Origin: Acidobacteriota bacterium
GTDB taxonomy: Bacteria; Acidobacteriota; Aminicenantia; Aminicenantales; Saccharicenantaceae
Direction of reading: 5' to 3'
DNA: 64,000 nucleotides
Assembly (NCBI GenBank): GCA_022711665.1
Contig: JAKLEN010000005.1
Location: forward strand, 261 to 64,260
Numbering within the stretch: position 1 is the first letter of the stretch; each line of letters begins with the position of its first letter. Both the position numbers and the translations under genes were made by a program. The notes under the pieces are model-generated. The model was given only the letters and a program-made list of their open reading frames with translations, ran no database searches and had not been told where the DNA came from. Positions 16,707 through 25,974 of this stretch are shown in pieces.

Positions 16707-17786
16707 ATGAAAAAATGGATCATCCGCGGTCTGGCCCTCGTCCTGCTGGCCGTGTTCTTCTACTTCCTGTTCGCCTGCGGGCATAAAAAGGCGGAGATCA
16801 AGCTGGTCGCGGCCTCCCGGGGCGACATCCAGGAAAAGGCCCTGGCCGTGGGGACCATCGAGCCCGAGAAGGAGATCAAGGTCAAGTCGACGATCCCGGG
16901 CATCGTGTCCGAGGTCCTGTTCAAGGTCGGCGACTTTGTCCGGGCCGGGGCGCCGCTCTTCAAGATCTCGCCCAATCCCACCCCGCTCGAATACGTCGAG
17001 GCCCGGCGGGCCATGGAGCTGGCCGAGGTGACCATGCGCAAGATCAAGGGCGACTGGACCCGCCAGCTCGAGCTCTACCAGGGGAACCTCATCTCCAAAG
17101 CCGAGATGGAGGCCATCGAGGGCGCCTACCGGGAGGCCGAGCTGCGCTTCCGGACCTCGTCCGAGCGCTTCGAGCTCCTGGAGAAGGGCCGCATCCGGAT
17201 GGCCAACCGGGATATCGATTCCCTGGTCAATTCGCCGATCGGCGGCATCGTCCTGTCCCAGGGCGTTTTCCAGGGCGATCCCGTCGTCCCTCTGACCAAT
17301 TACCAGCCGGGCACCGAGCTCTGCTCGCTCGCCGACATGGGCAGCCTGCTCTTCAAGGGCACGGTCGACGAGATCGACGTCGGCAAGATCGCCGATGGCA
17401 TGCCGGCCGAGATCCAGATCGGAGCCCTGCCCGACGCCAAGATACCGGGCCGCGTGGACCGCATCTTCCCGAAGGCCAAGAAAGAGGGCAACGCCACGCT
17501 CTTCGATATCTGGGTCCTTATCAGCGATTCCGCCGGGGCGACGCTCCGGGCCGGATTCTCGGCGACGGCCAGCATCCGCATCCGGGAGAGCCGGGGAGCC
17601 GTCCTCATCCCCGAGCGCCTGATCCTGTTCGAGGACGGCAAGAAGTTCGTCGAGGTCCCCGATGGCGAGAAGACCCGGAAGGTCGAGCTCCGGACGGGCC
17701 TGTCCGACGGCCTCAACATCGAGGTCCTGGACGGGCTCAAGGAAGGGGACCAGGTCGTGGAGCGGCCGCCCCGGGAGATCAAGTGA
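16707..17786 (+). CDS. HlyD/MacA-family periplasmic adaptor subunit of an ABC-type efflux system
   Basis: An N-terminal TM helix is followed by biotinyl-lipoyl-like and beta-barrel segments. The gene overlaps the next gene by 4 nt. Confidence 0.8.
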   Translation: MKKWIIRGLALVLLAVFFYFLFACGHKKAEIKLVAASRGDIQEKALAVGTIEPEKEIKVKSTIPGIVSEVLFKVGDFVRAGAPLFKISPNPTPLEYVEARRAMELAEVTMRKIKGDWTRQLELYQGNLISKAEMEAIEGAYREAELRFRTSSERFELLEKGRIRMANRDIDSLVNSPIGGIVLSQGVFQGDPVVPLTNYQPGTELCSLADMGSLLFKGTVDEIDVGKIADGMPAEIQIGALPDAKIPGRVDRIFPKAKKEGNATLFDIWVLISDSAGATLRAGFSATASIRIRESRGAVLIPERLILFEDGKKFVEVPDGEKTRKVELRTGLSDGLNIEVLDGLKEGDQVVERPPREIK

Positions 17787-19033
17787 TCGCGATCTTCTTC
17801 CGGAATTTCTTCCGCGACCTGGTGCGGCAGCCCCTGCGGACCGCCCTGACCCTCTCGGGCGTCGTCTGGGGGACGTTCTCCGTCGTCCTCCTGCTGGCCT
17901 TCGGGGATTCCGTGTCCAAGGCCCAGATCAAGCGCTTCCACGGCATGGGCCAGGGCATCGTGCTCGTTTTCCCGGCCCGGACGACACTGCCGTGGCAGGG
18001 CTTCCTGCGAGGCAAGGCCGTGCGGATCACCCCGGAGGAGGTCGAGTCCATCCCCGGCAAAGTCCCCGGCATCGAGCTCATCAGCCCCGAGTTCGTCGGC
18101 AGCCGCCTCATCCGCTTCGGCCGCCGCGAGTACCGCAATACCGTCCGCGGCGTCAACCCGCAGTTCGAGCTCATGCGCAACACCATCGCCGCCAGGGGGA
18201 GGTTCCTCGATCCCGAGGACATGGCCGGCCGCAAGCGGGTCTGTTTCATCGGCAACGTCCTGGCCTCGGACCTTTTCGGGACCGACGAGCCGGTGGGCCG
18301 GACGATCCTGGTCGACAGCGTCCCCTTCACCGTCATCGGCGTCATGATGACGAAGCTCCAGAGCTCCAACTACAACGGCCAGCGCGACGAGCGCTGCGCC
18401 TTCATCCCCTGGACGACGTACGCCTCCCTCTACGGATCGAAGTACGTTTCCAACTTCATCTTCCGGCCGATCGACGCCTCCCGCAGCAAGGCGGCCATGG
18501 AGGACATCAAGGGCCTCCTCGCGAAGCTCCTCGGCTTCTCCCCGGCCGACCCGGACGCCCTCGGCGTCTGGGACACGCTCGAGTTCGAGAAGCAGTTCAC
18601 GACCTTCTTCCTGGCTTTCACCATTTTTCTCGGCGTCATCGGGACGTTCACGCTCCTCGTCGGGGGCGTCGGCGTGGCCTCGATCATGCGGGTCGTCGTC
18701 GACGAGCGGACCCGCGAGATCGGCGTCAAGCTGGCCGTCGGAGCCCGGCGCCGGACCATCCTCTGGCAGTTTTTCAGCGAATCGCTGGCCATCATGCTCC
18801 TCGGCGGCCTGGCCGGCTTCGGGCTGGCCGCCGCCGTCCTCCAGGCGCTCCGGGCCCTGCCGCAGTCCGGCTCCGGCGACCTGGGCTTTACCGGGTTCGT
18901 CGGCCTTCCAGTTCTCAATCCCCTGGTGGTCGTGTCCACGATCTTCATCCTGCTCGTGATCGGGGTCGCCGCCGGCCTCATCCCGGCCCGGACGGCCGCC
19001 TCGACCGATCCCATCGAGGCCCTCAGGAAATAG
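17783..19033 (+). CDS. ABC transporter permease, FtsX/MacB-like (first of two)
   Basis: It has the MacB-type periplasmic domain and four TM helices, ending ...DPIEALRK. Confidence 0.8.
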   Translation: MIAIFFRNFFRDLVRQPLRTALTLSGVVWGTFSVVLLLAFGDSVSKAQIKRFHGMGQGIVLVFPARTTLPWQGFLRGKAVRITPEEVESIPGKVPGIELISPEFVGSRLIRFGRREYRNTVRGVNPQFELMRNTIAARGRFLDPEDMAGRKRVCFIGNVLASDLFGTDEPVGRTILVDSVPFTVIGVMMTKLQSSNYNGQRDERCAFIPWTTYASLYGSKYVSNFIFRPIDASRSKAAMEDIKGLLAKLLGFSPADPDALGVWDTLEFEKQFTTFFLAFTIFLGVIGTFTLLVGGVGVASIMRVVVDERTREIGVKLAVGARRRTILWQFFSESLAIMLLGGLAGFGLAAAVLQALRALPQSGSGDLGFTGFVGLPVLNPLVVVSTIFILLVIGVAAGLIPARTAASTDPIEALRK

Positions 19034-19045
19034 GGGAGGAAGGCG

Positions 19046-20296
19046 ATGAACGGCACCCTGCCCCGGTTCTTCTGGAGCGAATACCGCAAACGCCGCCGCC
19101 GGACCTCGCTCATCACCTTCGCGCTCTTCTGGGGAACGCTCTCGATCCTCCTGCTGATGGCCTTCGGCCGGGGCCTGACCGCGCAGTTCCACGCCGCTTT
19201 CAGCGGCCTGGGCCAGACGCTGATCATGGTCTACGGCGGGCAGACGTCCGTGACCTTCGAGGGCCTGCCCAAGGGCCGCACGATCCGGCTCTATCCGGAG
19301 GACGTCGATTACCTCCGGGAGCGGATCCCCGAGATCGGGCTGATCGCCCCGGAGTCGTACAACGGCTGGGCCGTCTCGGCCGGAGGCAAGGAGATCAATC
19401 GCACGGTCCATGGCACGACCGCGGCCTTCGGGCTCATGCGCAGCCAGGTGGCCCAGACCGGCGGCCGCTTCCTCGACGACGACGACGACCGCCTGGGGCG
19501 GAAGGTCGCCTTCATCGGCTGGAAGGTCGCCGCCGACCTCTTCGGGACGAAGGAGGCCGTCGGCCGGACGATCATCGTCAACCGCGTCCCGTTCACCGTC
19601 GTCGGGGTCCTGCAGAAGAAGGTCCAGGACTCGATGTACAACGGGCCCGACGCCGAGCAGGTCTACCTGCCGTTCCGGTCGTTCCGGCAGATAGACAATC
19701 AGCGTTACCTCGATCAGATCCATATCCGGCCGCTCCAGGCCTCGTCCTCCAAGCTGATCGAGTCGCGCGTCCGGACGCTCCTCGGGCGCAAGTCGCGCTT
19801 CGATCCGGCCGACCGCTACGCCATCAGCTTCTGGAACACGATCGAGGACGCCAAGGAGGGGCAGGCCATCTTCCAGGGCATCGAGATCTTCCTCGGCATC
19901 ATGGGCGGGTTGACGCTGCTCATCGGCGCCGTCGGCGTGACCAACCTGATGTACGCCGCGGCCAAGGAGAGGACCAAGGAGATCGGCGTCAAGCTGGCCA
20001 TCGGCGCCCGGCGGCGGATCATCATCCAGCAGTTCCTCCTGGAGACGACGTTCGTCTTCGCCAAGGGAACGTTCTGGGGTTTCATCCTGGCTTTCAACCT
20101 CATCCACCTCGTCCGCCTGGTCCCCATCAACTACGATTCGTTCGGCGTCGAGGCCTACCTGCTGCGGCCCCAGCTCTCGCCCGGCATCCTCCTGATCTAT
20201 CTGGCCGTGCTGGGCGTCCTCGTCTTCCTGTCGGGGATCTTCCCGGCCCTCCGGGCCTCGCGGGCCAATCCCATCGAATCCCTGCGCTACGAATAG
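19046..20296 (+). CDS. ABC transporter permease, FtsX/MacB-like (second of two)
   Basis: It is a paralogue of the previous gene, ending ...NPIESLRYE. Confidence 0.8.
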   Translation: MNGTLPRFFWSEYRKRRRRTSLITFALFWGTLSILLLMAFGRGLTAQFHAAFSGLGQTLIMVYGGQTSVTFEGLPKGRTIRLYPEDVDYLRERIPEIGLIAPESYNGWAVSAGGKEINRTVHGTTAAFGLMRSQVAQTGGRFLDDDDDRLGRKVAFIGWKVAADLFGTKEAVGRTIIVNRVPFTVVGVLQKKVQDSMYNGPDAEQVYLPFRSFRQIDNQRYLDQIHIRPLQASSSKLIESRVRTLLGRKSRFDPADRYAISFWNTIEDAKEGQAIFQGIEIFLGIMGGLTLLIGAVGVTNLMYAAAKERTKEIGVKLAIGARRRIIIQQFLLETTFVFAKGTFWGFILAFNLIHLVRLVPINYDSFGVEAYLLRPQLSPGILLIYLAVLGVLVFLSGIFPALRASRANPIESLRYE

Positions 20297-20304
20297 AGGT
20301 CGCC

Positions 20305-20967
20305 ATGATCGAGCTCGACGGCATCACCAAGGTCTACCGGACGGGCAGCCAGTCCCTGGAGGCGCTTCGAGGCATCAGCCTTGGCATCGGCAAGGGCGAG
20401 TTCGTCTCGATCATGGGCCCGTCGGGATCGGGCAAGTCGACGCTGATGAACATCGTCGGCTGCCTGGACACGCCGACGTCCGGGTCCTACGTCCTCGACG
20501 GCGACAAGGTGGCCGGCCTGACGTTCGACGAGCTGGCCGCCGTGCGGGGCCGCAAGATCGGCTTCGTCTTCCAGAACTTCAACCTCCTGCCCTACGCCAC
20601 GGCCTGGGAGAACATAGAGCTGCCGCTGCTGTTCGACGGGAAGAACGGCCGGCGGCGGCGCGAGCGGGTCTCGGAGCTCCTCAACGCCGTCGGCCTCTAC
20701 GACTGGCGCGACCACCGGCCGACCGAGCTCTCGGGCGGCCAGCAGCAGCGCATCGCCCTGGCCCGGGCCCTGGCCAACGACCCGCCGATCCTGCTGGCCG
20801 ACGAGCCGACGGGCAACCTCGACTCGAGGAGCGGCGAGGAGATCATGGCCATCCTCATCGACCTGTGGCGCGGCGGCCGGACTATCGTCATGGTCACCCA
20901 CAACGACCACATCGCCGCCCGTTCGGAACGGGTCATCCGCCTTTTTGACGGCCAGGTCGTGGACTGA
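20305..20967 (+). CDS. ABC transporter ATP-binding protein (MacB/LolD-type ATPase)
   Basis: Walker A GPSGSGKST, the ABC signature LSGGQQQRIALARAL, and Walker B ILLADEPT are all present. The ORF-track entry 17662..20967 is an in-frame spurious upstream extension. Confidence 0.9.
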   Translation: MIELDGITKVYRTGSQSLEALRGISLGIGKGEFVSIMGPSGSGKSTLMNIVGCLDTPTSGSYVLDGDKVAGLTFDELAAVRGRKIGFVFQNFNLLPYATAWENIELPLLFDGKNGRRRRERVSELLNAVGLYDWRDHRPTELSGGQQQRIALARALANDPPILLADEPTGNLDSRSGEEIMAILIDLWRGGRTIVMVTHNDHIAARSERVIRLFDGQVVD

Positions 20968-21059
20968 CGCGGCGGTTTGACACCTCCCCGGGAGGGGGGC
21001 TATGATGACGGCATCGCCGGACGCCCGTCCGGCCCCGTTCCGTCGCGAGGAGGGACGCG

Positions 21060-21959
21060 ATGAGAATAGCCCCCGTAGCTGTCGCGCTGGCCCTGGCCTT
21101 GTCCCTGGCCGGCGACGGGCCGGCCCCGGCCCAGGAGCCGGTCTGGGCGAGCTCCCAGGATTACGACGTTCCGTTCGTGCCGACGCCGCCTGAGGTCGTC
21201 GCCGAGATGCTCCGCCTGGCTGGCGTTCAGGCCGGGGACGTCCTCTATGATCTCGGCTGCGGCGACGGCCGGATCGTCGTCGAGGCCGCCAGGCGTTACG
21301 GCGTCCGGGCCGTGGGCATCGACATCGATCCCAGGCGCATCGCCGAAAGCAAGGCCAACGCCGCCAAGGCCGGTCTGGCCGGCCGGGTCCGCTTTCTCGA
21401 GCAGAACCTCTTCGAGGCCGACCTCCGGGAGGCCACCGTCGTCACCCTGTACCTTTTGTCCTCGGTCAACCTCCGCCTCCGGCCCAAGCTCCTGACCGAG
21501 CTCAAACCCGGGACGCGGCTGGTCTCGCACAGCTTTGATATGAGCGAGTGGCGGCCCGACAAGACCGTTGTCGTCACGACCGACCGGGGCGACGAGCGCG
21601 ACGTCCACCTCTGGATCGTGCCGGCCAACGTCTCGGGCCGCTGGGAATGGGGCCAGGGCCGGGGGGCCGACTGGAAACGCTGCGTCCTCGAAGCCGATCA
21701 GATGTTCCAGGACGTGACCGTCTCTGCCCGGGAAGGGGACTGGCCCCTGGCGGCGGGCGAGGTGAGCCTGAGCGGTCCGTTGTTCACGTTCCGGCTCGAC
21801 GTCGAGTCCGAGGGACGGATGCAGTCCTCCATTTATGAGGGCCGGGTTTCGGGAGATACGATAACCGGCACGGTCCGGCCGGCCGGCGCGGCCAGAGCCG
21901 CGGCCGTCGCCTGGAAGGCCGAGCGGGATCCCAAGACCGCCGTGAGCATCGCCCGCTAG
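21060..21959 (+). CDS. exported class-I SAM-dependent methyltransferase
   Basis: A signal peptide is followed by motif I VLYDLGCGDGRIVVEAARRYG. Confidence 0.7.
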   Translation: MRIAPVAVALALALSLAGDGPAPAQEPVWASSQDYDVPFVPTPPEVVAEMLRLAGVQAGDVLYDLGCGDGRIVVEAARRYGVRAVGIDIDPRRIAESKANAAKAGLAGRVRFLEQNLFEADLREATVVTLYLLSSVNLRLRPKLLTELKPGTRLVSHSFDMSEWRPDKTVVVTTDRGDERDVHLWIVPANVSGRWEWGQGRGADWKRCVLEADQMFQDVTVSAREGDWPLAAGEVSLSGPLFTFRLDVESEGRMQSSIYEGRVSGDTITGTVRPAGAARAAAVAWKAERDPKTAVSIAR

Positions 21960-21975
21960 CCCGGTTTGTCCGGCC

Positions 21976-23292
21976 TCAGTCGAGCGAGAAGGCCCGCGAC
22001 GACAGGGCCATGAGGGCGGCCAGGCCGGGGTCCAGATCAACCAGCCGGCCGCGGCCTTCCGGGAGCGTCGTCGCCAGGCGCCGGCGGAGCTTCCGGAGAT
22101 AGGAGAAGCGCAGCGGGAACGAGCGCCTGGCCCGGCGGACGAAGCGGCGGCGGAAATACGCCGGCGCCTTGCCGACCGACTCCCGGAACATCAGCCCCTG
22201 GCCGGCGCCGATGGCCTGGCACAGCGCCAGGCGGGTTGGCGACGCGCCCTGGCGGGCCCGCTCCAGGACCGCCGCGAGGTACGATTCGAGACGCAGGACC
22301 AGGTCATCGAGCGGCCCGCGATCAAGGGCCGCCGAGAACAGGGTCCGGCGGCCCGAGCCGGCATCCTCGGCGATGTCCTGCAGGTCGTCGGCCAGCTGAA
22401 GGAAAGTGCCGAAGCCGAAGCAAAACCGCTCGTCGGCGGGCGCCAGCGTCCCGGCCACGAGATAGCCGTCCGCCAGGACCGATGTGCCGCCCTTCTCCAG
22501 GCTGAGCGGCAGGATGTCGCCGGCCGGCGCGGCCGCGCCGGGCCGCTGCTGCGCGAGGCTCTTAACCTGGGCGTTGTAGATGGCCAGGAGGGCCTGGTAG
22601 ACGCCGGGAAAAGCGGCCCGCGGAAAGCGGCCCTCGATCATTCCGATCAGGGCCCGGATCTTCTCCTCGACGGACGAAGCGGCCGCCGGGCCGGCCCCCT
22701 CGAGCCAGCCCTTCAGCCGGGCCGCGAACTCCAGCTTGGCGGCCTCGGAGGCGCCGGCGTCGTCGAGGACGTTGTCGAGGTAGGGGTAGATCATGCTGTA
22801 AGCGAAGACGGCGTCGGTGTGCTCGACCGGGAGGCCCAGGTCGAACTGCAGGGAGTTCATGATCCAGACGTTGCGCAGGGCCTGGTAGGCCGAGTCCAGG
22901 CCCAGCTCCGGGTCGAAGTCCCTGGCGGCCTGGATGAAGCGGCGCGTGGCGTCGATGAAGCGGGCGTCGTAGACGGCCTCGAGGGGCAGGTCGACCAGGC
23001 GCAGCAACCGCCGGAACCCCGGGCGGATATCGGCCGCGACGGCCTCGAGGGCCGGCGCATCGGCGGCGCCGTCGAGAAAAGAGGACCGCAACCGTTCCGA
23101 GGAGAGCGCTTCGACGAGCCCGGACAGCTCCCGTTCGGCAACCTTCCTGTCGCGCCGGGCGTAGGTCCGGCGGGGAGGCGGGGGATCGGGCCGGGCTTGG
23201 CGCCACAGGTCGACGTGCGTCCGGACGAGCCCCTCGACCCGGCCGCCGAGCTCCGCCGTGCCGGCCGAGAAGAAGGGGGCAAGATCGCTCAT
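21976..23292 (-). CDS. squalene/phytoene-synthase-family (trans-isoprenyl diphosphate synthase, head-to-head) protein with a ~140-aa N-terminal extension
   Basis: The C-terminal half carries YLVAGTLAP...FGFGTFLQLADDLQDIAEDAGSGRRTLF, which resembles the YxVAGxVG...QLxNILRDxxED...GRxYLP family signature. Confidence 0.55.
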   Translation of the reverse strand: MSDLAPFFSAGTAELGGRVEGLVRTHVDLWRQARPDPPPPRRTYARRDRKVAERELSGLVEALSSERLRSSFLDGAADAPALEAVAADIRPGFRRLLRLVDLPLEAVYDARFIDATRRFIQAARDFDPELGLDSAYQALRNVWIMNSLQFDLGLPVEHTDAVFAYSMIYPYLDNVLDDAGASEAAKLEFAARLKGWLEGAGPAAASSVEEKIRALIGMIEGRFPRAAFPGVYQALLAIYNAQVKSLAQQRPGAAAPAGDILPLSLEKGGTSVLADGYLVAGTLAPADERFCFGFGTFLQLADDLQDIAEDAGSGRRTLFSAALDRGPLDDLVLRLESYLAAVLERARQGASPTRLALCQAIGAGQGLMFRESVGKAPAYFRRRFVRRARRSFPLRFSYLRKLRRRLATTLPEGRGRLVDLDPGLAALMALSSRAFSLD

Positions 23293-23392
23293 GGCTGCCG
23301 CGGCTCCCGATTATAGGGCAAAAGCGGGCGGACGGGAATGGATCTCAGGGACGGGCCGGGGCCGGCCGGCGCAGCGGAGGATGCGGCCCCGG

Positions 23393-23773
23393 TCAGTGCT
23401 GGACGGCCGTCGGGATGCCGGCGCCGTTGCGCTCGGCGTAAAGGTGCCGGATCAGGGAGAGCAGCGTCTGGGAGATGCTGTGGAGGAACTCCACGCCGCT
23501 CTCGAAAAGGTCGTCGTCCTCCTCGCTCCTTTTCGTCCACTTGACCTCGCCGTCGACCTTGACGGACTGGTGGGTCCTCTCGAGGTCGATGACGATTCGG
23601 ACGACGCTGCCGACCGGGAAGTAGTGGGGAGTGCAGATCCGGGCCCCGGACAGGGACAGGTCGTGGGTATGGGCGTTGATGCCGTGGCCGACGAGGGCCT
23701 CCGCCCCTTCGGAAGTCGACTTGATGAAGACAGTGTTGCGTTCCATGAACCGCTTGTCTTTACGGTTGTCCAT
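23393..23773 (-). CDS. PilZ-domain protein (putative c-di-GMP receptor)
   Basis: The RxxxR-like motif (RKDKRF) and DLSLSGARI (DxSxxG) motifs are present. Confidence 0.6.
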   Translation of the reverse strand: MDNRKDKRFMERNTVFIKSTSEGAEALVGHGINAHTHDLSLSGARICTPHYFPVGSVVRIVIDLERTHQSVKVDGEVKWTKRSEEDDDLFESGVEFLHSISQTLLSLIRHLYAERNGAGIPTAVQH

Positions 23774-23841
23774 CGTCTCTGTCCTTTATTAAGCGCTCGG
23801 ATCGTTGCAGGCCCATCCTCGCCCAGAGGAGCCGGGGCGGC

Positions 23842-23880
23842 AATCACCCCTAAGGGTGATTCGCGAGGTGATTTCTCACC
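23842..23880. repeat. tandem hairpins built from GGTGAT/ATCACC repeats between the polyprenyl synthase and PilZ genes
   Basis: The sequence is AATCACCC-ctaa-GGGTGATT cgcga GGTGA-tttc-TCACC. No T-tract follows it. Confidence 0.4.
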
Positions 23881-23905
23881 CCCCGGAAAACCGCGGCGGC
23901 GGGGG

Positions 23906-24973
23906 TCAGCCGCGGCGGTCCAGGATATAAGCCTGAAGGCCTTCGAGGATGTCTTTGTGGGCCGGCCTGACGGGCAGGGCCCGGATCTCGCGGCGGGCCC
24001 GGCGGCCGAGGCCTTCCATGATCCCGCGGACCTCGTCGCGAACGCCGAGCCGCCCGGCCAGGTCGCGGACGAAGTCGATGTCGGCGGCGGTCGCGTCCGG
24101 CCGGCCGAAGACGCGCGCCAGGCGCGCCGCTTCCGCCCCGCGGGCCCGTTCGAGGAGGCCGGCGGCGTAAAGCGTCCGCTTTCCCTCGCGGATGTCGGAA
24201 CCGACCGGCTTGCCGGTGGCCGCGGGGCGGCCGTAAAGGCCCAGCTCGTCGTCCTTGATCTGGAAGGCCAGGCCCAGGTCCTCGCCGAGGCGCTCCAGGG
24301 CCGGGAGCGTCGAGCGCCGGCCGCCGCCCAGGAGCCAGCCGGCGGCCAGGGGCAGATAGAACGAGTAGCGGGCCGTCTTGACCCGGTAGATCGCGAAAAT
24401 GCGGCGCCGGGTCAACGGCCGGCGCGCGGCGCCGGCCTCGATATCGAGCATCTGGCCGAGCCCCACCAGCCCGAATTCCGAGGCGAAAAGCTTCCCGACG
24501 GCCGTCGTCCGCGCCGCCGGCCCGGGAAGGCCGGCCATGGCCTCGAAGGCCAGGAAGATGGCGATCTCGCCGGCGCAGATGGCCTGGCTCGTCCCGAAGC
24601 GGGCCGCCTCGGCGCCGCCCCGGCCCGGAGCCAGGCGGGCGTATTGGACGTGGATCGAGGGGCCGCCGCGCCGCCGCGGGTCCCGATCCATGATGTCGTC
24701 GTGGATGAGCAGACCCGACTGGATGAGCTCGAAGGCCGAGCCGGCCCGGACGGCGGCCGGCGCTGAGGCCCGCCCGCCGGCCATCTCGCAGCCGAGCGCG
24801 ACCAGGCATCCCCGGACGGCCTTGCCCTTGCGGGTGAAGGCCTCCAGGCGCCGCAGGGCGTCGGGCCCCCAGGGGAGGACCCGGGCCACGTCGGGCCGCT
24901 TGGCGGCCAGAAAGGCGGCCAGGTCGCGGCGCAGGCGCTCGCCGGCGGCCGGGAAAAAGGCCTCGAACGTCAT
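23906..24973 (-). CDS. polyprenyl diphosphate synthase (geranylgeranyl/farnesyl diphosphate synthase family)
   Basis: The first DDxxD motif is LLIHDDIMD and the second is FQIKDDELG. Its start overlaps the ispH stop by 4 nt (ATGA). Confidence 0.85.
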   Translation of the reverse strand: MTFEAFFPAAGERLRRDLAAFLAAKRPDVARVLPWGPDALRRLEAFTRKGKAVRGCLVALGCEMAGGRASAPAAVRAGSAFELIQSGLLIHDDIMDRDPRRRGGPSIHVQYARLAPGRGGAEAARFGTSQAICAGEIAIFLAFEAMAGLPGPAARTTAVGKLFASEFGLVGLGQMLDIEAGAARRPLTRRRIFAIYRVKTARYSFYLPLAAGWLLGGGRRSTLPALERLGEDLGLAFQIKDDELGLYGRPAATGKPVGSDIREGKRTLYAAGLLERARGAEAARLARVFGRPDATAADIDFVRDLAGRLGVRDEVRGIMEGLGRRARREIRALPVRPAHKDILEGLQAYILDRRG

Positions 24974-25848
24974 CGGGGGCCGTCCTGCGGCGCGGGCCGG
25001 CCCCCGCCGCGCGTCTCCAGGCGCCGGACGACCTCGGTGACGAGATCCATGGGCGTCGAGGCGCCCGAGGCGACGAAGACCGTGGCCTCTTCAGGGATCT
25101 TGATGCCGTCGACCATCTCCGGCCGGTCGATCAGGTGCGTGGCCGGGTTGATGGCCCGGGCGATGTCGAAAAGATGCATGGTGTTGGCGCTGCGGCGGGA
25201 GCCGATGATGATGACGCAATCGGCCCGGCGGGTCTGCCGGGCCACGTCGCGCTGGCGGGTCTTGGTCGGCCGGCATATTGTGTCGTGGTAGACGACGTCG
25301 GGGACCAGGGCGCGGAGGCGCTCGACGATGAGCCGGGCGTCCTCCTCGACGAAGGTGGACTGGGCGACGACGCCGGCCCGGGAGACGCCGGCGAAGAGCC
25401 CGGGGGTGACGTCCTCGGGCGACTTGACGACGACGGCCCGGGCGACCTGGCCGACGATGCCCCGGACCTCCTCGTGCCCGGCCTGGCCGATGACGACGGG
25501 CAGGCGGCCCTCGGCCTCGACCTCGCGGATGCGGTCGTGGATGATGCGGACCATGGGGCAGGTGGCGTCGACGAATTCGAGGCCGCGGGCGGCCAGCTCC
25601 TCGTAGCGCCGGCGGGTCGAGCCGTGGCTCTGCAGGATGACCACGCCGTCCGGCGGCACCTCGTCGAGGTCCCGGACGATGCGCAGGCCCCGGGCCTTGA
25701 GGTCCTCGATGACGCGCTCGTTGTGAACGATCTCGCCGAGCATGAAGCAAGTCCGGCCGCGGCGGTCGGCCAGCAGCCGCCGGGTCCGCTCGAGCGTCCG
25801 GCGCACGCCGACGCAGTAGCTGAGGGTTTCCGACAGCACGATCTTCAC
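24970..25848 (-). CDS. ispH: 4-hydroxy-3-methylbut-2-enyl diphosphate reductase
   Basis: The GTG start is preceded by GGGAG. The family motifs ATCPMV and SANT are present. Confidence 0.85.
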   Translation of the reverse strand: MKIVLSETLSYCVGVRRTLERTRRLLADRRGRTCFMLGEIVHNERVIEDLKARGLRIVRDLDEVPPDGVVILQSHGSTRRRYEELAARGLEFVDATCPMVRIIHDRIREVEAEGRLPVVIGQAGHEEVRGIVGQVARAVVVKSPEDVTPGLFAGVSRAGVVAQSTFVEEDARLIVERLRALVPDVVYHDTICRPTKTRQRDVARQTRRADCVIIIGSRRSANTMHLFDIARAINPATHLIDRPEMVDGIKIPEEATVFVASGASTPMDLVTEVVRRLETRGGGRPAPQDGPR

Positions 25849-25974
25849 GCCGGCGCTCCCGACGCCGGCATTCTATGCGCGGACGGCGGCCCTGTCAACG
25901 CGGCCGGACCCGCCCCGCCGCGGCTGTTGACGGCGGCCGGGACGGCGGCTATCATCGACGGGAAGGAGCCTGCC

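Noticed and set aside
17300-20107. 935-aa minus-strand ORF 17300..20107 and the long plus-strand ORF 17662..20967
   Set aside because: The first is antisense to the two FtsX permease genes. The second is an out-of-frame or upstream extension that happens to share its last 663 nt with the genuine ABC ATPase frame. Both are Arg/Gly/Pro/Asp-rich and low-complexity.
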